Shown in pieces: positions 61,901-64,000 of a stretch of 64,000 bases of DNA. The stretch spans positions 128,001-192,000 of the forward strand of contig CAVPOM010000003.1 in assembly GCA_963707025.1 (NCBI GenBank), written 5' to 3'. Numbering within the stretch: position 1 is the first letter of the stretch; each line of letters opens with the position of its first letter. The notes below the pieces were generated by a model. The model was given only the letters and a program-made list of their open reading frames with translations. It was not told where the DNA came from and searched no databases. A program made the position numbers and the translations under genes. This DNA comes from an uncultured Verrucomicrobiae bacterium (GTDB lineage Bacteria; Verrucomicrobiota; Verrucomicrobiia; Limisphaerales; Palsa-1400).

Positions 61901-62017
61901 GACCTCTGCAAAACGCGCGTCCACGATTGTAGCGGCGGTCTATGCCCGCCGCAAACCAAGGGAAATAACGGCATGGCGACGGTCATAGACCGCCGCTACA
62001 GGCCTTTTGCAGAGGTC
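61901..62017. repeat. Nested REP-like inverted repeat between convergent genes (possible bidirectional terminator)
   Basis: Outer GACCTCTGCAAAA/TTTTGCAGAGGTC; inner TGTAGCGGCGGTCTATG/CATAGACCGCCGCTACA. Confidence 0.85.
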
Positions 62018-62026
62018 GCATTTTGA

Positions 62027-64000
62027 CTATTCCTTCGCGTCACCGACGGGCAGCGGCAGCTCCGCCGTGAACGCCAGGTTCGGATCGCCGCGCCGCAGCA
62101 AGGTCTCGCACAACGTCCGCAGCGCGGGCTGGACCTTGTGCTGCGTCACCTGCCCGTCGCAATCCAGGATCACCGGCTTTTTGAAATCCACCAGACGGCT
62201 GTCCAGCAAAATACTCCCCTGGGTCACATGCGTGGCGCTCACCGTCACCCGGTTGTCCCGGCAGGCCGCGTCAATTTCCTTCCCCTTCCCCGGCGCCTCC
62301 GTCCGCACCCAGAAAAAGTCCGTGATCACCTTGTCCGTCATCAGCCATGTGATTTCCCGCGGAACCGGATTGCGCGTCACCGGATACATCTCCAGAATCT
62401 TGTCCCGGTCCGGCAGCCCGGTGTGCGGGTTGTTGGGAATAAACTGGACGGTCACCGGATAAATGTCTGTCCGCTCTCCCCGCAGTTGGCGGATGGATTC
62501 CCGGAACTTTTGGTCCCGGTCGAACCGGCCGTAGTCTTTGTCCAATTCCCCCACCATCACGGTGAACACGGTGCTCCGCAGGGTCTTGCCCGTCGTTTCC
62601 CCGTCGGTCGGCGCGCCGGCGCTGGCGTGGATGGCGGCAAACAGGTCAGGCTCCTTCGGCCCGATGGCAAACGCCCCGTAACCCCCGTGCGAATAGCCCA
62701 TGATGAAGACCTTGTTGCAGTCCACGTCCCCGAACAGCATGCATTGCCGGACCAGGTTGTCAATCAATGGATAAACGTACACGTCATAAAAACCGTTCCA
62801 GGTGTCGTTGGGCGCCCGCAAGGCCAGATACTTGTAGCCGCCCGCTTCGGGGTGGTCCTTGTAGTAATGCTGCATCTGCACCCATTGGCTGTCGTTCACG
62901 CTCTTGGCCGTGCCGCCGCCGCCGTGCATGGCGATGAACAGCGGCCACCCCTTGGCCGGCCGCGTCCCCACCGTCCTCACCGTGTAGGGGCTGAGATACT
63001 TCTGAAAGGTCACTTGATTGGAGTCGAAATCGTTTTTGGCCGCCTGGTGGATCGGCGCCGCCTGGTAAGCTTCCCACGCGGCGCGCCGCGCGCCCGCTTC
63101 GTCGTTCCGAAGAAGTTTTTCCACGCCGCTGGAAAATTTCCACTTCGCCTGCTTGTCCGCCGGCGCGGTGAAGTAGCCGGCCAGTTCTTTCTTCAGTTTT
63201 TCCGCGTCCGCAGTCTTGAGCGGCCGGGCCATCGTGGGCGGCGCGTCGGCGGGCTGTGGCGGATGCCACGGAATCGTGCTGTCCGCCAGGGAAATGACCA
63301 CCGGCCCCGGCGCCGCCGCGTTGCGGCCGCTGCCGGTGTTCGCGCCCGGAGCGCTGTACATCCGCCCGGCCGTCTGCCCGTAAAGTTCGCAACGGATTTC
63401 GTAGGTCTGCCCGCGCGGAACTATAAATGACAGCGCTTCGTTTGTCCCGCCCTCTTCGTCTTTGCTCATCCCTTCAAAGTGGACATCGTGGTGGAGGATG
63501 TCGGTGACCGCGACTTTGGTCGCAACGGGCTTGCCGGCCAGGTGATCGAGCACCTTCACTTGCAGCCGCACATGGTCCTTGTCCGGTTCGTCCGCCGGAT
63601 CATGGAGCGCGACCACGGCGATCACCTCGTCATTCGTTCCCATCGTGAAGGCCTTCTCCACGACCTTCCCGTCCAATTCCGCCTTGATTTGGTAAACCTG
63701 TCCCCGCTTGACATTAAACGTCAGATACTCGTTCAGGTCCGCCTCCTCGTTCTTGCTCGTGCCGGCCAGGCAAACCGCATAATTGGTCGGGCCGCTGACC
63801 GTCACCTTTGCGGCGACCCGCCGCCCATCCGGCGCCTCCACCACCTTGACCTGCAACCGGCTCAGGTCCGCCTCCGCCTTGGCGGCGGCGGCGGTGTAAC
63901 GGTCCGTCACATTGACCACGTCCACCATCCACTCCATTCCCGGATACGACAGGCCCGTTTTCTTGAAACTGCTGGCGTAAATGGAATGAATCGGCACATC
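62027..64000 (-). CDS. Multidomain protein with C-terminal alpha/beta-hydrolase (N-terminus beyond window edge)
   Basis: LFIAMHGGGG, GYSHGGYG nucleophile motif, candidate Asp (GELD) and His (PHTG). Two similar beta-rich domains upstream. Confidence 0.85.
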   Translation of the reverse strand, partial: DVPIHSIYASSFKKTGLSYPGMEWMVDVVNVTDRYTAAAAKAEADLSRLQVKVVEAPDGRRVAAKVTVSGPTNYAVCLAGTSKNEEADLNEYLTFNVKRGQVYQIKAELDGKVVEKAFTMGTNDEVIAVVALHDPADEPDKDHVRLQVKVLDHLAGKPVATKVAVTDILHHDVHFEGMSKDEEGGTNEALSFIVPRGQTYEIRCELYGQTAGRMYSAPGANTGSGRNAAAPGPVVISLADSTIPWHPPQPADAPPTMARPLKTADAEKLKKELAGYFTAPADKQAKWKFSSGVEKLLRNDEAGARRAAWEAYQAAPIHQAAKNDFDSNQVTFQKYLSPYTVRTVGTRPAKGWPLFIAMHGGGGTAKSVNDSQWVQMQHYYKDHPEAGGYKYLALRAPNDTWNGFYDVYVYPLIDNLVRQCMLFGDVDCNKVFIMGYSHGGYGAFAIGPKEPDLFAAIHASAGAPTDGETTGKTLRSTVFTVMVGELDKDYGRFDRDQKFRESIRQLRGERTDIYPVTVQFIPNNPHTGLPDRDKILEMYPVTRNPVPREITWLMTDKVITDFFWVRTEAPGKGKEIDAACRDNRVTVSATHVTQGSILLDSRLVDFKKPVILDCDGQVTQHKVQPALRTLCETLLRRGDPNLAFTAELPLPVGDAKE

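Noticed and set aside
19532..63430. Long antisense ORFs such as 19532-21481, 41596-43221, 43551-46196, 55152-57458 and 62138-63430
   Set aside because: They mirror well-supported genes on the opposite strand, as expected in high-GC DNA.
1..64000. tRNA, rRNA or prophage genes
   Set aside because: None recognised by eye; a tRNAscan/Infernal run would be needed to exclude small RNAs.

Overview
GC-rich bacterial chromosomal window. The gene content (autotransporter-associated beta-strand repeat protein, PEP-CTERM protein, prepilin/H-X9-DG protein, ThuA and DUF1080 proteins, beta-propeller sensor kinase) suggests Verrucomicrobiota (inference). Left to right: a >2,680-aa repeat surface protein running off the left edge, next to a sensor kinase/NarL-type regulator pair; nucleotide-sugar modification genes; Nif3 and speA; a long minus-strand block with a GT2/DegT/Gfo operon, M28 peptidase, futalosine menaquinone genes (mqnC, mqnA, mqnE) and three toxin-antitoxin modules; a ThuA/epimerase/Tat-oxidoreductase sugar cluster; an operon of glycyl-radical activase, trans-4-hydroxy-L-proline dehydratase (hypD) and putA; a Dam-like methylase whose partner restriction gene is cleanly split by an intact IS3-family element; a fused CoA-dehydratase activase; and several secreted proteins. 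Short tandem repeats and REP-like palindromes are abundant. Six single-base frameshifts, mostly in homopolymers, look like sequencing errors. The best leads are the hypD-putA operon (a probable oxidative Hyp->P5C->Glu route), the IS-inactivated R-M system, and a repeat-delimited cassette-like block inside the mqn cluster.
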